64,000 nt of DNA, taken from contig NC_058369.1 in NCBI RefSeq assembly GCF_018350175.1, forward strand, positions 22,012,001 through 22,076,000. The letters run 5' to 3'. Made by a program: the position numbers and the translations under genes. Below are positions 12,748-25,345 of this stretch, in pieces (positions within the stretch are counted from its first letter, which is position 1; each line of letters begins with the position of its first letter). Under the pieces are notes generated by a model. That model ran no database searches and was not told the origin of the DNA. It saw only the letters and a list, made by a program, of their open reading frames with translations. This DNA comes from Felis catus. Taxonomy: Eukaryota.

Positions 12748-13408
12748 GCAGTGGCTCTTCCTTTCCGTAATTCAACTGATTGCTTTTCTTTCCAAATTGC
12801 TGGCTTAAGCTTTATCTTATCTAATTTTATCTCCTCCAGCGTGGCACTTCCAGAGCATCACTGGGGCCTGTGCTCATTCTGTCCCTTGCACTTCTGTGCT
12901 CCCTCCTATCCCGAGGGGATAGGGACTGGATTTGCATAATCTCTACATTTTCTGGCACCGGGAGGTGGCTGCAGTTGGGGAGTGCTTTTCAACCTCTGGA
13001 ACCTCTCCTTTCTGTGTCCCCCTTGTCATTGTGTTTCACTGACATCTTTTGCTTCCTCCAGCACCTGCTTCCTCTTTCCCCATCACTCTCAGCCCCCTTG
13101 TTTCTTTTGACCTGTGTCCTTCCCACCACCCGCCCCCCTGTCCTGCCCTTTTGCTTGCTGGCTGCCTTTCCTTACCTTCTGTCACATTTACATGCTCACT
13201 ATTTCTTTTTACTCCAAGCATCTGTTCATCTAAATCGTGAACTGCAGTTGGTATAATTAAATATGTAATATGTTTATTTTAATATCAATATGTCTCTTCA
13301 TGCACATATTAGTAAGAGCCTTGGCTGTCGGCAGCGGGCTGGATGGCTGTTTGCAAATGGCTACTGCTGGCAGCTCCCCCTCTGGACGCTTACTACGACC
13401 CTCATTGG

Positions 13409-13411
<3 letters not shown>

Positions 13412-13450
<39 letters not shown>
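13412..13450. repeat. (TG)n microsatellite
   Basis: about 19 perfect TG units. Confidence 0.95.
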
Positions 13451-13451
<1 letters not shown>

Positions 13452-14334
13452 TGTCTGTCTCTTCGCTCTGTGTGCGTCTCTGTGTTTTTGTCTTTCTCTC
13501 AGACACACATAACTCAAATAGGCCAGCATATTTCCCTCCCCATACATCTCTGTTTGGAAGCACACACAGACTGGGTGAGTGAGGAGGAACCAAAAGGGTT
13601 CAGTCAAGATGCTGCATGCAAGAACCAGGAGAGAACTAGAATTTCATGCCCGTGTCTTTATTACCCTTCTGCGAGGCCCGCTAATACGGCAGCACCATGA
13701 TCGCGGGGAACATGGAGCCTGGGCACCATCCCCGGAGTATATTGCTGATGCAAAGGAAGGAGGGCAGGAGCAATCCTAGCCTAGTCTCCCTGGCCTGTGG
13801 TCCCAAGTGATCCCCTTCCCCACAAATGGGTGGTAGGGAAACCAGCCCATCTGTGAGGCATCTGAGTGCAGCGACAGAAAATAGCAGATGCTGCGTTAGA
13901 ATAGAGTATGTGGTATTTGACTGTCACTTCTGTTTAAAGGTAAATAAAAATCTATCCTTGGCTTAGAATTCTTGCCTCCCGGCCTGTGGGTGAATACGGA
14001 CTGACAGGCATTACCTCCCATGTAGAAAAGGCTTGCATGCAGGGCTATAAATTAAGGCTCTGCATTGGCTCTATCTTCTTAATGTTTTCTGCGGAGTGGA
14101 ATTAGAACATGTTGTTTCTTCTGAGGTTATAAAAAGCAAACAAGGATCCCCTTCCTCCCAGGCTAGCGGAAAGTAAATGAATACTTGAAATCGTGTTTTA
14201 TCAGCCATAAAAGTTAGATAAAAGCTGGGGCAGAGGTACGAGAAGATTGTGATGTATCTGGGACCATGGATTTCTATTCCTTTTCTGGAAGAGAAAAACT
14301 GCATTTAGACGTAGATAATTTGGTTAAATTCTGT

Positions 14335-14540
14335 AGGCCATAGAGCACAAAGAATACTGGATTAAGTCTCTAGGGTTTTAGGTTTTAGTGCAGTGAGAAG
14401 CAAGTCGCTTCACCTCCCTGGGCTCTGGTTTCCTTGGCTCTTCAAGGGGAATACAAATTGCTGCCTCACAGGTGGCAGTGACAATTAAGGGAAAAATTTA
14501 TGCCAAGCAGACACTATGCATTCGATAAATATTAGTAATT
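14335..14540 (+). mobile_element. MIR fragment
   Basis: gcaagtcgcttcacctccctgggctctggtttcct...ctgcctcacagg...gacaattaag. Confidence 0.55.
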
Positions 14541-15103
14541 GATAAGCCTTTTGATAAGCCTACGGAAGGCCTGGGGAGTCCTTTTCCTTGCCTTTGTTTT
14601 TTGGTTTTATTTTGTTATGATATTTGTAACACATGCTGTTGGTGCTTCTGTGGACACTGGCGCTTTTAAGGTCTTAACTATACTGTTGTCATGAAATTTT
14701 GAAAGGATTCGTGGCTTCAAAAGAGGCTGCAAGGTTTTGAATTTCCTTTTTTCTTTGCAAAAGATTTTGAAGCTTAAGTCATGTAATTAATAACAGGGAA
14801 GGTTAAGAGTCAAAGATTTTTCTCTTACTCTGGTCATTTTTTTAAGCCAAACTTGGCATGGGTTGAAGCAAATCTGTGTCTTCTTGACCACTCACTTTTT
14901 TTTTTAACTGAGAAAATAGATTCTATCTCTAATGAAGTAATTGCAAACAGTCCTGTTAACATATGGTACTGATTTTTCACAGAAGCATTGTTGAAATGCA
15001 TGGGAACTACCAGGTTAAAAGTCATAAAAATAGCCAACACTCCATACAGTCCAGATGGTATCTCCTGACTCGAGGGTCCAAGTGGCATGAGAAATGTCTG
15101 GTG

Positions 15104-15634
15104 AAGGGGTCAGCAAACCATGGCTCTTGGGCCATACCCAGCCTGCTGTCTGTTTTTGCGTGGCCTGTGAACTAAGGATGGTATTTCACATTAAAAAACA
15201 GTTAAGGGATTCCTGGGTGGCTCAGTCAGTTGAGCATCTGACTTTGGCCCAGGTCATGATCTCACGGTTCGTGGGTTCAAGCCCCGTGTTGGGCTCGCTG
15301 CTGTCAGTGCAGAGCCCCCTTCAGATCTCCTGTCCCCTGCTCTCTCTACCCCTTCTCCACTCCTGCCCTCTCTCTCAAAAATAAATGAACCATCACACAC
15401 AAAAATTTTTAAATGGTTAAAAAAGAATCAAAAGAATAATAGTGTTTCGTGACATGTAGAAATTATATAAAATTCACATTTGTGTCCATAAGTAAGCTTT
15501 TATTGGAGCACAGCCACACCCATGTGTTTACATATTGTTGAGGGCTGTTTCTGTACTATAATGGCAAAATTGAGTAGTTGCCTAAAAGACTTACTTACTG
15601 GCTGGAATTTTACAGAAAGAGATCGCCAATCCTG
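15104..15634 (+). mobile_element. MER58B-like hAT-Charlie non-autonomous DNA transposon, interrupted by a SINEC
   Basis: termini aggggtcagcaaac ... atcgccaatcctg; internal ttttattggagcacagccacaccca motif. Confidence 0.85.
15206..15410 (+). mobile_element. SINEC
   Basis: gggattcctgggtggctcagtcagttgagc head, CT tract, A-rich tail. Confidence 0.9.
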
Positions 15635-16029
15635 GGTCTAGATGGTGAGGGATTTTAGTTCTAATACGTACGCACTAATTGATATATGGCTTTTTTTTTT
15701 TTTTTGAAGTTTACCTTCTAACTGTGGGTTTTTTTTTTAACTTTTACTTTTTTTGATAAAGAAAAAGAAGATCAAACATGGTCCATTAATGCCACTACTC
15801 AGACTACCTTTTTCAACATTTTCGTTGGTAAAAACAAACTTTTGCTCATGGCAAATTATTTTTCAAATGGATTAATAAAGGTATAAAATAAAAGTCTTTC
15901 TCCACATTTTCCCTACCCCAATTCTTCCACCCAAAGGAAACACTGTTAATAATTTAACATTCCAAGTATTTGGGGGAGGGTGCTATTCCAGAAGATCTAT
16001 GAATGTCTTCTTTTTAAGAAAGCTTCTCA

Positions 16030-16240
16030 GGGTGCCTGGGTGGCAGAGTCATTTGAGAGTCCAACTCTTGATTTTGGCTCAGGTCATGATCCCAGGGTTG
16101 TGGGACTGAGCCCTGCATTGGGCTCTGTGCTGAGTATGGAGCCTGCTTGAGATCCTCTCTCTCTCCCTCCCTCTCTGCCCCTCCTTAACTCACATGCTCT
16201 AACTTGCATGCTCTCTCTCTCAAAAAAAATAAAATAAAAC
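16030..16240 (+). mobile_element. older SINEC subfamily copy
   Basis: gggtgcctgggtggc...ctcttgattttggctcaggtcatgatcccaggg...aaaataaaataaaa. Confidence 0.9.
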
Positions 16241-16289
16241 TCATAGCATGCTTAATTTAGTGTAAAATACTTCCTAGTCAAGTATTTAA

Positions 16290-17495
16290 CCTTTTATTAT
16301 GAAGTTTCAAATGTTACATCATAGGACAAGAAAGTGCAATGAACCCCATGAACCCATCATTCAGCGCCCCTCTAACATTTCAAACACTGGTCAAATCTTG
16401 TTTCATTTACAGAATTCACTTCCCATATTATTTTGACGTAAATCCCAGGTACCTCATTTCATCTGTAAATATGTATTTCTATACATATCTCTAAAATATA
16501 ATGACTCTTTTAAAAAATATAACCATTAACCATTAACATGAATAAAAACCCCCAAACAAACAGTAATACCTTAATGTAAGTATGAACACTGGGTATTAGT
16601 TTTTTGTTTTTTGTTTTTTTCACTCTGCTCTCCATTATCTTTTAAATAATTTATTCTTTGTTTGAATCAGGATCTGGATAAGATTCACACAGTGTGATTG
16701 ATGGCTGTCCTTTATGTAAATTTTAACTTGTACATTCCTTCCAGACCTCTTTTTTTTTTTTTTTTCCTGCTTGGCACTTACTATCCAAAGAAAGGAAGTT
16801 ATGTCATAGGTCCTGTATCTCATCCCCATGGTTTTAACATGTCCCTCTGTCCTCTGATTTGGTAGTTGGATCTAATGGCTCGATCACATTCAAGATTCAT
16901 CTTGTTTCTTTTTATTTTTAGCTAGGCTACTTCATAGATGGTGTTAAATCCTTCCAGTAGGAGGCACTTGATATCTGGTTATCTCTTTTGTGATGTTAGC
17001 ACTGGTCGTTGTTTACTGTGCACATCCAGTCATTCATTATGGGTCGTAAAATGGTGCACTACTCTAATTCTGCCCCTCCTTTGCCATTTATCAGCAGAAA
17101 TATTTGATTTTTCTTATATTTACCAGTTCTGAAAGTATTTGTTGTCTTAGCATCCTTTAACAATTACTGGTTTGTTTTTTGTTTTTGTTTGCTTATGTAA
17201 TTAAAAAACACTATGAATTTAAACATTTAATGTGTTCCATTGAAGTTTTTTATGCTCAAAGTATCCCTGTTTTGGCCAGTGTTCGCTTTTTCAAGTTGGT
17301 CCCTGAGTCCTTTTGACGTGAGCCCAGGAGTCTCTGAGAGCTTTCTTTGTATGTGGTGTGACAAGATGTTTTGTATTCATCCTGTACATGTCTTGCCCCA
17401 GATCTAGAATTGGCCATTTCTCCAAGGAGTCAGTCCTGTTTCTTTTTAGTGGGGAAATTGTATTTCAAGACCACAATTGAGGTTCAAAAGGGACA
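16290..17495 (-). mobile_element. old L1 3' UTR (L1MC-like)
   Basis: ttttattatgaagtttcaaa...aatgaacccc...tttgaatcaggatc...ggccatttctccaaggag motifs. Confidence 0.75.
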
Positions 17496-17509
17496 CATCC
17501 ATGAGCAGG

Positions 17510-18430
17510 TTTTATAGTAAAAAACACCCATAGAAAGTACATGATGTACAACACTTATGGAACCAACACCTCAGTTGAGAAGTAGAACGTGGCAGAAGCT
17601 CAGAAGTACTCTAGTGGGCCCTCAGGGACCATTCTCTCTTTCTTCCCCTCAGTGTAACCACTGTGTTGATTTTTATGCTCTTCTTTTTAATTTATTATTT
17701 ATGTGCACATCACTAAGCAAATAAAGCTTGGTTCTGTCTGCTTTTGCATTTTTATACAAATGGATCATGCTGCATGAATTCTTTGATATCTCCTCCCATT
17801 CAACAGTATAAGATTTACTTGGTTTTATTTTCTTTGCAGTATGATATTCCGTTGGGTGAACGAATAGACCACACTTTATCCATTCTACTACTGATGTACA
17901 TTTGAGTTGTCTCCAATTTTGAGCAAATATTTGAAAATGCTAAGACTATCCTCTTTTCTGTTTTCTGGTGTGCATGTGCAATCATTTCTGAAAGGTCTGT
18001 ACATAGAAGTGCAATTGTGGGGCCCCAAGGTGTGTGTATCTTTTTCCCCCGGAGAGTTGGACTGACTGTTGCTCTCACCGGCAGAGCCTGAGTGTTCCTG
18101 TTGCCTCATGTCCTTGCCCACATCTGGAATGGTCAGACTTGTAACATTTTTGCCGGTCTGTTGATTTCACATGGTATCTCATGGTGACTTATGTTCCCTA
18201 TTTCCCTGATTACCAGTGAGGTTAAACATCTTTTTATATGTTCAGTCGACTATTTGGATTTCTCCCTTTGTGAAGTCTCTGTTCACTGAGTTGTTTTTTC
18301 TTATTGATTTATGGGCATTTTATATGTATTGGATACAGATTCTCATTGGCCCATTCTGTGGCTTTTCACTTTATGGCACCTTTTGATTAACACAAGTTCT
18401 TGTGCCTTTTAGGTCTTGTTTTAGGGAGTC
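17510..18430 (-). mobile_element. old L1 3' end (L1ME-like)
   Basis: actttatccattctactactgatgtacatttgagttgtctccaattttg...tttccctgattaccagtgaggttaaacatcttttt. Confidence 0.8.
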
Positions 18431-18944
18431 TCCCTGAGCCCTGAGGTAGGTTAGGACATATAATACAGATGCCAAATATTCTGTTTCATGGGAGAGTCTG
18501 CACTTGTGTTAAGTATGCGTCCCTAAGGGACCGGGAGGCAAGCAAATGCTTAAGTATGCTATCAGACGAGCACAGAGAAGCCTCTTCTGGTGGCTGCGGT
18601 GTTCTTTTTGACGACTAACTTGAGTGTGCTTGGGTTCCTGAGTAATCCTCCCCAAAGAAGGAACTCTTACCGGTCTTTCGGATCTTTGATTTTATTCAAA
18701 TTGAAATGCATTTCCCCCCTCATGTTTTAGTGATTCTTCGAGTATAGCTATTTTTCCTCAGATATCTCCTGAGCACCTGTGTTGCTGGGAATAGTAGATG
18801 CTGTGGGGGAAGGTGGAGGGTTGATGATGAGCTTACTCAGACAGAGTACCATTACACAGAGGAGTTTAGGTAGTACACTATTTTTGTCATGGGCTTTGAG
18901 CATGAATTGCGTTTTACTTTCTTCAGGACATCGTTTACATCCAA

Positions 18945-19279
18945 GCAGCTGGGCCAGTCACAAAATACCTCATATTGCATAATTCCCTTGTAGGAAAGTC
19001 CAGAATAGGGAAATGTATAGAGACAGTATATGAGTGGTTGCTTAGGGCTGGGGTGGGAGGCTGGGGAGATGGGGGTTGGAGGTGGGGACGGGGGCGTGAC
19101 CTCTAAAGGGTACAAGGCTTCTTTTTGAAGTGATGAAAATGTTCTAAAACTGACTGTGGCAGGGGTTGCACAGAGCTGTGAATATACTAAAAACCATTGA
19201 ATTGTACACTTTAAGCGGGTGAATTGTACGGTATATGAATTACCTCAATGAAGTTGGTAAAAAATGTAAAAAAATAAAC
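18945..19279 (+). mobile_element. L1MB-like 3' end, the only clearly plus-strand L1
   Basis: gccagtcacaaaa...gaatatactaaaaaccattgaattgtacactttaa...A-rich end. Confidence 0.85.
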
Positions 19280-19499
19280 TTAATGCAGCTGTTTTTCCTC
19301 ACCTGGCTCTGTGAGGTTTTCCGTGTGAGTTCCATGGTTACCTAAAAGAATGGATGGTACAGAATTCCCAGGCCTGAAGGAAGGGTCCTAAAACAGATGC
19401 CTGTTTGATGTCCATAAAATAGCCAGCTTCCTTGCCAACAGATAGGAAAGTAACTGTGTGATTCCTTTCTTCACTCCATGAGCCAGTGCTGTTCATATG

Positions 19500-19722
19500 C
19501 TTTTTATTTTTTTATCTCATTTTATTTTTTAATTCAAGTATAATGAATATACAGTATTATATTAGTTTCAGGTATGCAATATAATGATTCAACAATTGAA
19601 TACATTACTCAGGTCTCATCCCAGTAAGTGTACTCTTTATCTCTTCTCTTATTTTACCCATCCGCCCCCCCTCCCCGCCACCTTCCCTTCTGGAAACCAC
19701 AAGTTCTCCATCGCTAGAGTCT
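19500..19722 (-). mobile_element. carnivore L1 3' end fragment
   Basis: atattagtttcaggtatgcaatataatgattcaacaatt...ccttctggaaaccac. Confidence 0.8.
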
Positions 19723-19723
19723 G

Positions 19724-19781
19724 GTGTTTTTGTTTTTGTCTTTGTCTTTGTTTTTGTTTTTGTTTGTTTGTTTGTTCTGTT
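19724..19781. repeat. (TTTG/TTTTTG/TCTTTG)n simple repeat
   Basis: read directly. Confidence 0.85.
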
Positions 19782-20209
19782 TGGAGGCCCTTTAAAGAAG
19801 GGGTCAACAGTATTCTTGTTGCAGGGCAAAAAACCCAAACCAAACTCTCCCCACAAACCACCTCCCCATCTCAAGCTCATTTAACTCAAAGCTCTGTAAC
19901 TTCTCTGAATTTATCACTAGTAAGGATTTTAAATGCTACCATCCCTCACCCCCTATTTCTCAGTAAACCTTTTCTGATGCCCAGGGTGAGGACAGGGGTA
20001 AAGGACTTCTGTGCCTATAGTTGAGTTGGCAGTCCTCATTCCCCAAATGTGCAGGATTCAGGGCTCTCTCTTTGCGTAGGTAAAGTGTATACACCCAGGA
20101 GTCCATGTGTATTTATTGAGTTCCTAATGCCCGTCTGTCCTTATGTAAGAACGCTGCGGTTACCTGGGGAATATAGTGCCTGCCTGAGACAAACCTGTGA
20201 ATAATAACT

Positions 20210-20420
20210 ATACTAATAATAGCTAACGTTTATTGATTGTTTATTATGTGCTAGGCTTGCACATTTTCAAGTTGTTATAAAAGCAGGAGAAAAGCCTGGT
20301 AGGTTCTCCCAACTGAGATGATGGAGGCACGCATCATTTCACAGGTGAGGAGGCGGGGATTTAGAGAGCTTAGGTATCTTGCCCGAGGTCACATGGTTGA
20401 GAAGTGGTTGATTCACACCC
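20210..20420 (-). mobile_element. MIR
   Basis: aataatagctaacgtttattgattgtttattatgtgctagg...catttcacaggtgagg...cttgcccgaggtcacatgg. Confidence 0.7.
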
Positions 20421-21334
20421 ATATCTGTCAGTACTTTCTCTTCTCAGGAGAGAGGAGGCAAGGGATTGGTAATGTTTTTATTATACAAATAATACAAATT
20501 AAAGGACAAGGAAAAGCACAAAGTAGAAAAAAAAAGTCACCCATAACTCTACCACGTGGGCATGCATGCCCATCTTTACCATTTCTGTGTATTTTCCTTC
20601 TAATCTGTTTTTATGCTTTCTGATTTATTTTTATATCCACCCAACCTCTGTCAGCCCATCGTCGAAGGCTGTTGCTAATTCATTAGAGGACCTTGGGACG
20701 AACAAGTCATAAATCAGTCTGTTTCATGGGCTGGGGACCGGTGGGCAGGGGAAGACCCTGACCTGACAAATTCATATCATGCTGCAGCCAGAAAAGGTCT
20801 TACTTGTCCCAGAGTGTCCCCCCCCCCAGTCTTTCTCTACTCCCCCGACTGTTGGACTGTGTCTCCTGTGAGACATTTGAAGAAAAATGTCTACAAAGGG
20901 GCACATTCCGCAGCCTGTACAATTACCTTAGGGAGAAGGGCAGGGCTAACAGTAGCTGCTTTGAGATTGCCGGGGTGCGTGAGGTGGGGGTGCAGGACAG
21001 GATCTGGCTGGAGACTTCCTGAGACAGATGGGACTGTGGCTGACTCTCGGCCAGTTAAAAACCTGCAAATCTGGGAGAGAAAGTTCCATGTACTATGAAA
21101 AGGTCGTGAGAACCTCCAGTGCTGGGAGGATCTAGGCGAGGGAAAAAAATCAGATGGGACTTAACCCGATGAGTCACCGGTCATTTGCCTGGTGATTGGT
21201 GGGGGTCACCTGCAGTTGTGCCCGTTTCCAGTGCAAGGCGGCGGGGTGGGGGGGGGCAGAGAGGGCAGGTTAGAGCTTCCTTTCTGAATTAATAGCTGTG
21301 AGGGTTGGAGTAGCTGATGGAGCCGTTTGAGGGT

Positions 21335-21585
21335 AGCAGGGTGTAATTATGGTGAAAGGCTCAGATGTGCCCACGTAGCACCGTTGTCATCTCAGCAGTT
21401 GTGCTTTCGAATGTGTGACCTGGCAGAATGCTTAGCCTCTCATTTGTAGAATGTGGGCCCCGCCCCCAGCACCTGCCTCACGGGCTCCCAGGTTCATGGG
21501 AGGGCAAAGTGACATAAGGCACAAAAAGCGGGTAGCCCAGTGCCTGGCACAGTGTAAGAGCTCAATAAAGATGAGCTAATGGTTC
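21335..21585 (+). mobile_element. MIR
   Basis: tgtgtgacctggcag...ctcatttgtagaatg...cagtgcctggcacagtgtaagagctcaataaa. Confidence 0.7.
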
Positions 21586-21814
21586 ATAATTCCAGAGAAG
21601 GGGGAGAGATGGATATTAAGGTTGGAAAATGTGGATTTCTCCCCTTTGTATTGATGAAGAAAGCCATGCCATGAGACCGTAGGCAACTCACTTTAGTGTT
21701 TTCGGCCTCAGTTTCCTCAACAATAAGATGATGGGTGGTTCTAAATGATCTTAGATTCTACCAATGATTATAACTCCATGAGTCTGTAGTACTTTTTTGC
21801 TTTTGTTTTCACCC

Positions 21815-21990
21815 TTCATAGTTACAAATTATTTTTTTTCTGGTGTTAAGTTTTAAGATCTTCTCTCTTAGCAACTTTCAGATAAGGGATACCATTTTAT
21901 TAACTTTAGTTGTCATGCTATACATTATATCCCTAGGACTTTTTTTTTTTTATAACTGGAAATTTTTGCCTTTTGACCTTCCCTGGATTT
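21815..21990 (-). mobile_element. L1MA/carnivore L1 3' fragment
   Basis: tttaagatcttctctcttagcaactttcaga...gtcatgctatacattatatccctaggactt...tataactggaa. Confidence 0.7.
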
Positions 21991-22216
21991 GCCCACCCCC
22001 ACCCCATGTACAACTGTGTAGTTTTAAACTATATCTTGTTGAATACAAAGTATTTCTCAGAGTGTTTCCTTGTTTGAGCCTCCCCATGCCATTGATGGGG
22101 TGATGGCTGTTCTGGCCATTTTCTGCAGACATTGCTTTCCCAAGAACTCAGAGTTTCTCTCCAACATTTATTTTCTAGAAAGTTAAGGCTGGGTTCCCTA
22201 TAAAATGAACATGTGA

Positions 22217-22436
22217 GGGGCGCCTGGGTGGCGCAGTCGGTTAAGCGTCCGACTTCAGCCAGGTCACGATCTTGCGGTCCGTGAGTTCGAGCCCCGCGTC
22301 AGGCTCTGGGCTGATGGCTCAGAGCCTGGAGCCTGTTTCCGATTCTGTGTCTCCCTCTCTCTCTGCCCCTCCCCCGTTCATGCTCTGTCTCTCTCTGTCC
22401 CAAAAATAAATAAACGTTGAAAAAAAAATAAAAAAG
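22217..22436 (+). mobile_element. young SINEC_Fc-type SINE
   Basis: CpG-rich, near-consensus body; perfect 14-bp TSD aaatgaacatgtga at 22203-22216 and 22437-22450. Confidence 0.97.
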
Positions 22437-24138
22437 AAATGAACATGTGAAATATGGATGCACCTTGACTGGGCTTTTGGCCTCATCTTGAAATTGAGAC
22501 GGAGAGGGGTTCTTGGAGAGGCTGGGTGAGGATTTCGGGAGAAGTGATTCCTAGGGGAGCTTCAGGCTAGGATTATCATAGTAGAGCAGTAGTTTGTAGG
22601 CTTTTGACCGCTCAGAGGCCATGCTGGTGTGCTTTAGAGATGAAAACAAAGTATCTTGGGGTCCAAGGATAAACATAGAGACTTGTAAGACTGACCTCAA
22701 AAATCCTTGGTTATCATCAGGTAAAAATTCAATTTGTTTGGAGCAATTAGCCAAATCTGGACACTTTATTCTTATTCTAAAAGCAGTTGGGATTCAGGGC
22801 ACAGGATAAAGTAGCACTGGGGCAAAGGGCAGGGAGGAGGCACCCTGGCAACAGTGGAAAGGCCAGATTGTTTCTATTGTGTGAGGTGATGGAATTCTTT
22901 TTCCGTGTGCCCTCTTTGGTTTGTCGCTCTCCATTTCACATGCCCACTTGTAAAGCAATTACAGGAGCAGTGTGAATCAGTGCCTCTAGAGTGGATGCCT
23001 GATGTACACAGGCCTTCAGCTTACAAGGGGTGCAGTGTGGAAAGATGGGGAAAAGACAAATTCCTTCTTAGAGGAGTGACCGTGGCCACAAGGGGTCATG
23101 ACTACTGCATCCTGGGCTGCTTTGGTCGGTCCTGCCAGCTCCTGAATTGGTTGCATTTCCTGTCTGTGCGAAGACAGTGGCTGCAGTGGTGGCCGAGAGC
23201 TTGTCATTTAGATGTTACCGCTGCTCAACCATGAAAGGTCAGCTTTGGGCTGCTCCCTCCAGTGCTGTGAGGGAGATGTGGATGCTGGGGGAACTGGCTG
23301 CTGGATTTGGAGTCTGGCTGATTCGAGGAGCCCCCAGAGGAGTGCTTGGGCCCTCACCTCAATGGGTCAGAATTTGAGGTGAGGGTTCCCCAAACCAAAC
23401 CGTATGTACCCTCAGGTGTAGGCACTGAGTATGTAGCTATTTAGTGGTCAGGGTGCAGATTAATCTCCATCCTTGGTTTTGTTATTTTAGAAACCCTTTG
23501 GCTTAGGCTTCTGGTGACTGACTGCTCACGACCATGAGTTAGCCTTTGAAAGGCCACGAGAGCCAGGATTTGGCTGGCAGGCATGAGAAGCCAATTCCAA
23601 AGTGTTCATGCTGCTCTTAGGATGGGACATTTCTTCATTTATTTTTGCCCCTTGTCTTCTGCTCCAAGCCAACCCCCCCCCCCCACCATGTCTGTAATGT
23701 TGGTGGTTTTGCACATAGGGCTCACCTTGCTAGCCCAGCCTCATCAGCATCACCGTTACTAAGTATAGTGCATTGTACAAAGCCGCGGCCAAGGAAATGC
23801 ATAGAAAACAGCCAGCAAATAGCTGACTCTTCTGAGTTAAGTTTCTTTATGTTTACGATGCGGATGATAATACTAGTATACAACATGGTTATGAAGAAAC
23901 ATGTGCCAAAGTTATTCAAATGATAAAACATTTACAAACATAAGATGGCATTTGTCCCATATGTAAAGTGGGACTTCCTGTGGAAAAGTTGTTTGTAGTA
24001 AAATCACAGTATTACATACTGTACTTATATAGTACTTAAACATTTGCCCAAAGGGCTTCTATTTTGTTATTCCTTTTTAATCCCATCAACAATTTTGTGC
24101 AAAGAAGAGGCAGGAATTGTTACTCTTCCCCCACCATT

Positions 24139-24352
24139 TTTTTTTAAGTTGATTTATTTATTTGAAGAGAGAGTGAGAGGGCACATGTGAACGGGGGAGG
24201 GGCAGAGAGAGAGGGAAAGAGAGAATCCTAAGTAGGTTCCACGCTGTCAGTGCTCAGCCTGATGCGGGGCTCAAACCCACGAACCACGAGATCATGAGCT
24301 GAACCAAAATTAAGAGTCAGACCCTCAACCGACTGAGCCACCCAGGCGCCCC
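24139..24352 (-). mobile_element. SINEC inserted in an antisense MIR
   Basis: full antisense SINE; TSD tcccccaccatt; MIR flanks (aatgagggaagctgagac). Confidence 0.92.
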
Positions 24353-25126
24353 GCCTCCCCCACCATTGTACTAATGAGGGAAGCTGAGACGCCCCAATGT
24401 CGAGTACTTGTCCAGGGTCATTTACTGAATAAACACCAAGATCAGTAGGACGACTGGGCGTCGTGAGTCTGGCCCAGCCCAGCACTATCTTCATCACTGT
24501 GTGCTGAGTACAAAGCACTCGGGCTCCTGGAGCCTGGCCCTGACCACTCGCTGGCCTCTACTGGCCGGTCCTCATTCGCTGGCTGAGTAGCTCCCGACTG
24601 AGGCGGCCCGGCAGCCAGGCGCTCTGCTGGGTGCTAGAAATGCCATCAACAAGGGAGATGTGGCTCTCTCTCTTGGAACCTAGTTTAGTAGTAGGGGAGG
24701 CAGACTTTGACAGTTACTGGGAGTTGGTCTTCTCTCTTCATCCTGTGAACATGCCAGGGCCACGGGTGGAGAGAGACCTGGTTCCTTCCACCTTGGGTTT
24801 TGTTTCACTTTCTCCTTCTGGGGAGTCCCAAGAGGGCTCCTTAGCTGGGTGCCTCAGTGGGGGTTCTGACTGCCTCTCCTCGAGACTTTGTGTGCTTGGG
24901 GGTTGTAGATCATGGAGGTTGTGTTAGTGTGGGCTTGGGAGGGCTTCGAAGATGAAAAGACACAGGGAGGTTCCTCCAAAGAGGCATATCTGGGTGTTTT
25001 TTTTTTTTTAATCATAAGTTTTAGGTCTGTAGCTTTATGATTTGATGTCTGTGTTCACTACAGACTGATCACCACTGCAAGTCTAGTTACCATCCATCAC
25101 CATGCATCTTAAAGATGATGGCAGTG

Positions 25127-25345
25127 GGGGCATCTGGGGGGCTCAGTCGGTTGGGCGTCCGACTTCGGCTCAGGTCGTGATCTCACTGTTTGTGAGTTCG
25201 AGCCCCGCGTCGGGCTCTGTGCTGACAGCTCGGAGCCTGGAGCCTGTTTCGGATTCTGCTTCTCCCTCTTTCTGTGCCCCTCCCCCACTCGTGCTCTGTC
25301 TGTCTGTCTGTCTGTCTCTCTCAAAAATAACATTAAAAAAATTTT
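25127..25345 (+). mobile_element. SINEC
   Basis: TSD aaagatgatg(g/a)cagtgg. Confidence 0.95.

Noticed and set aside
13257..13700. Stack of overlapping ORFs with CV/HT repeats
   Set aside because: Artefact of the stop-free (TG)n microsatellite.
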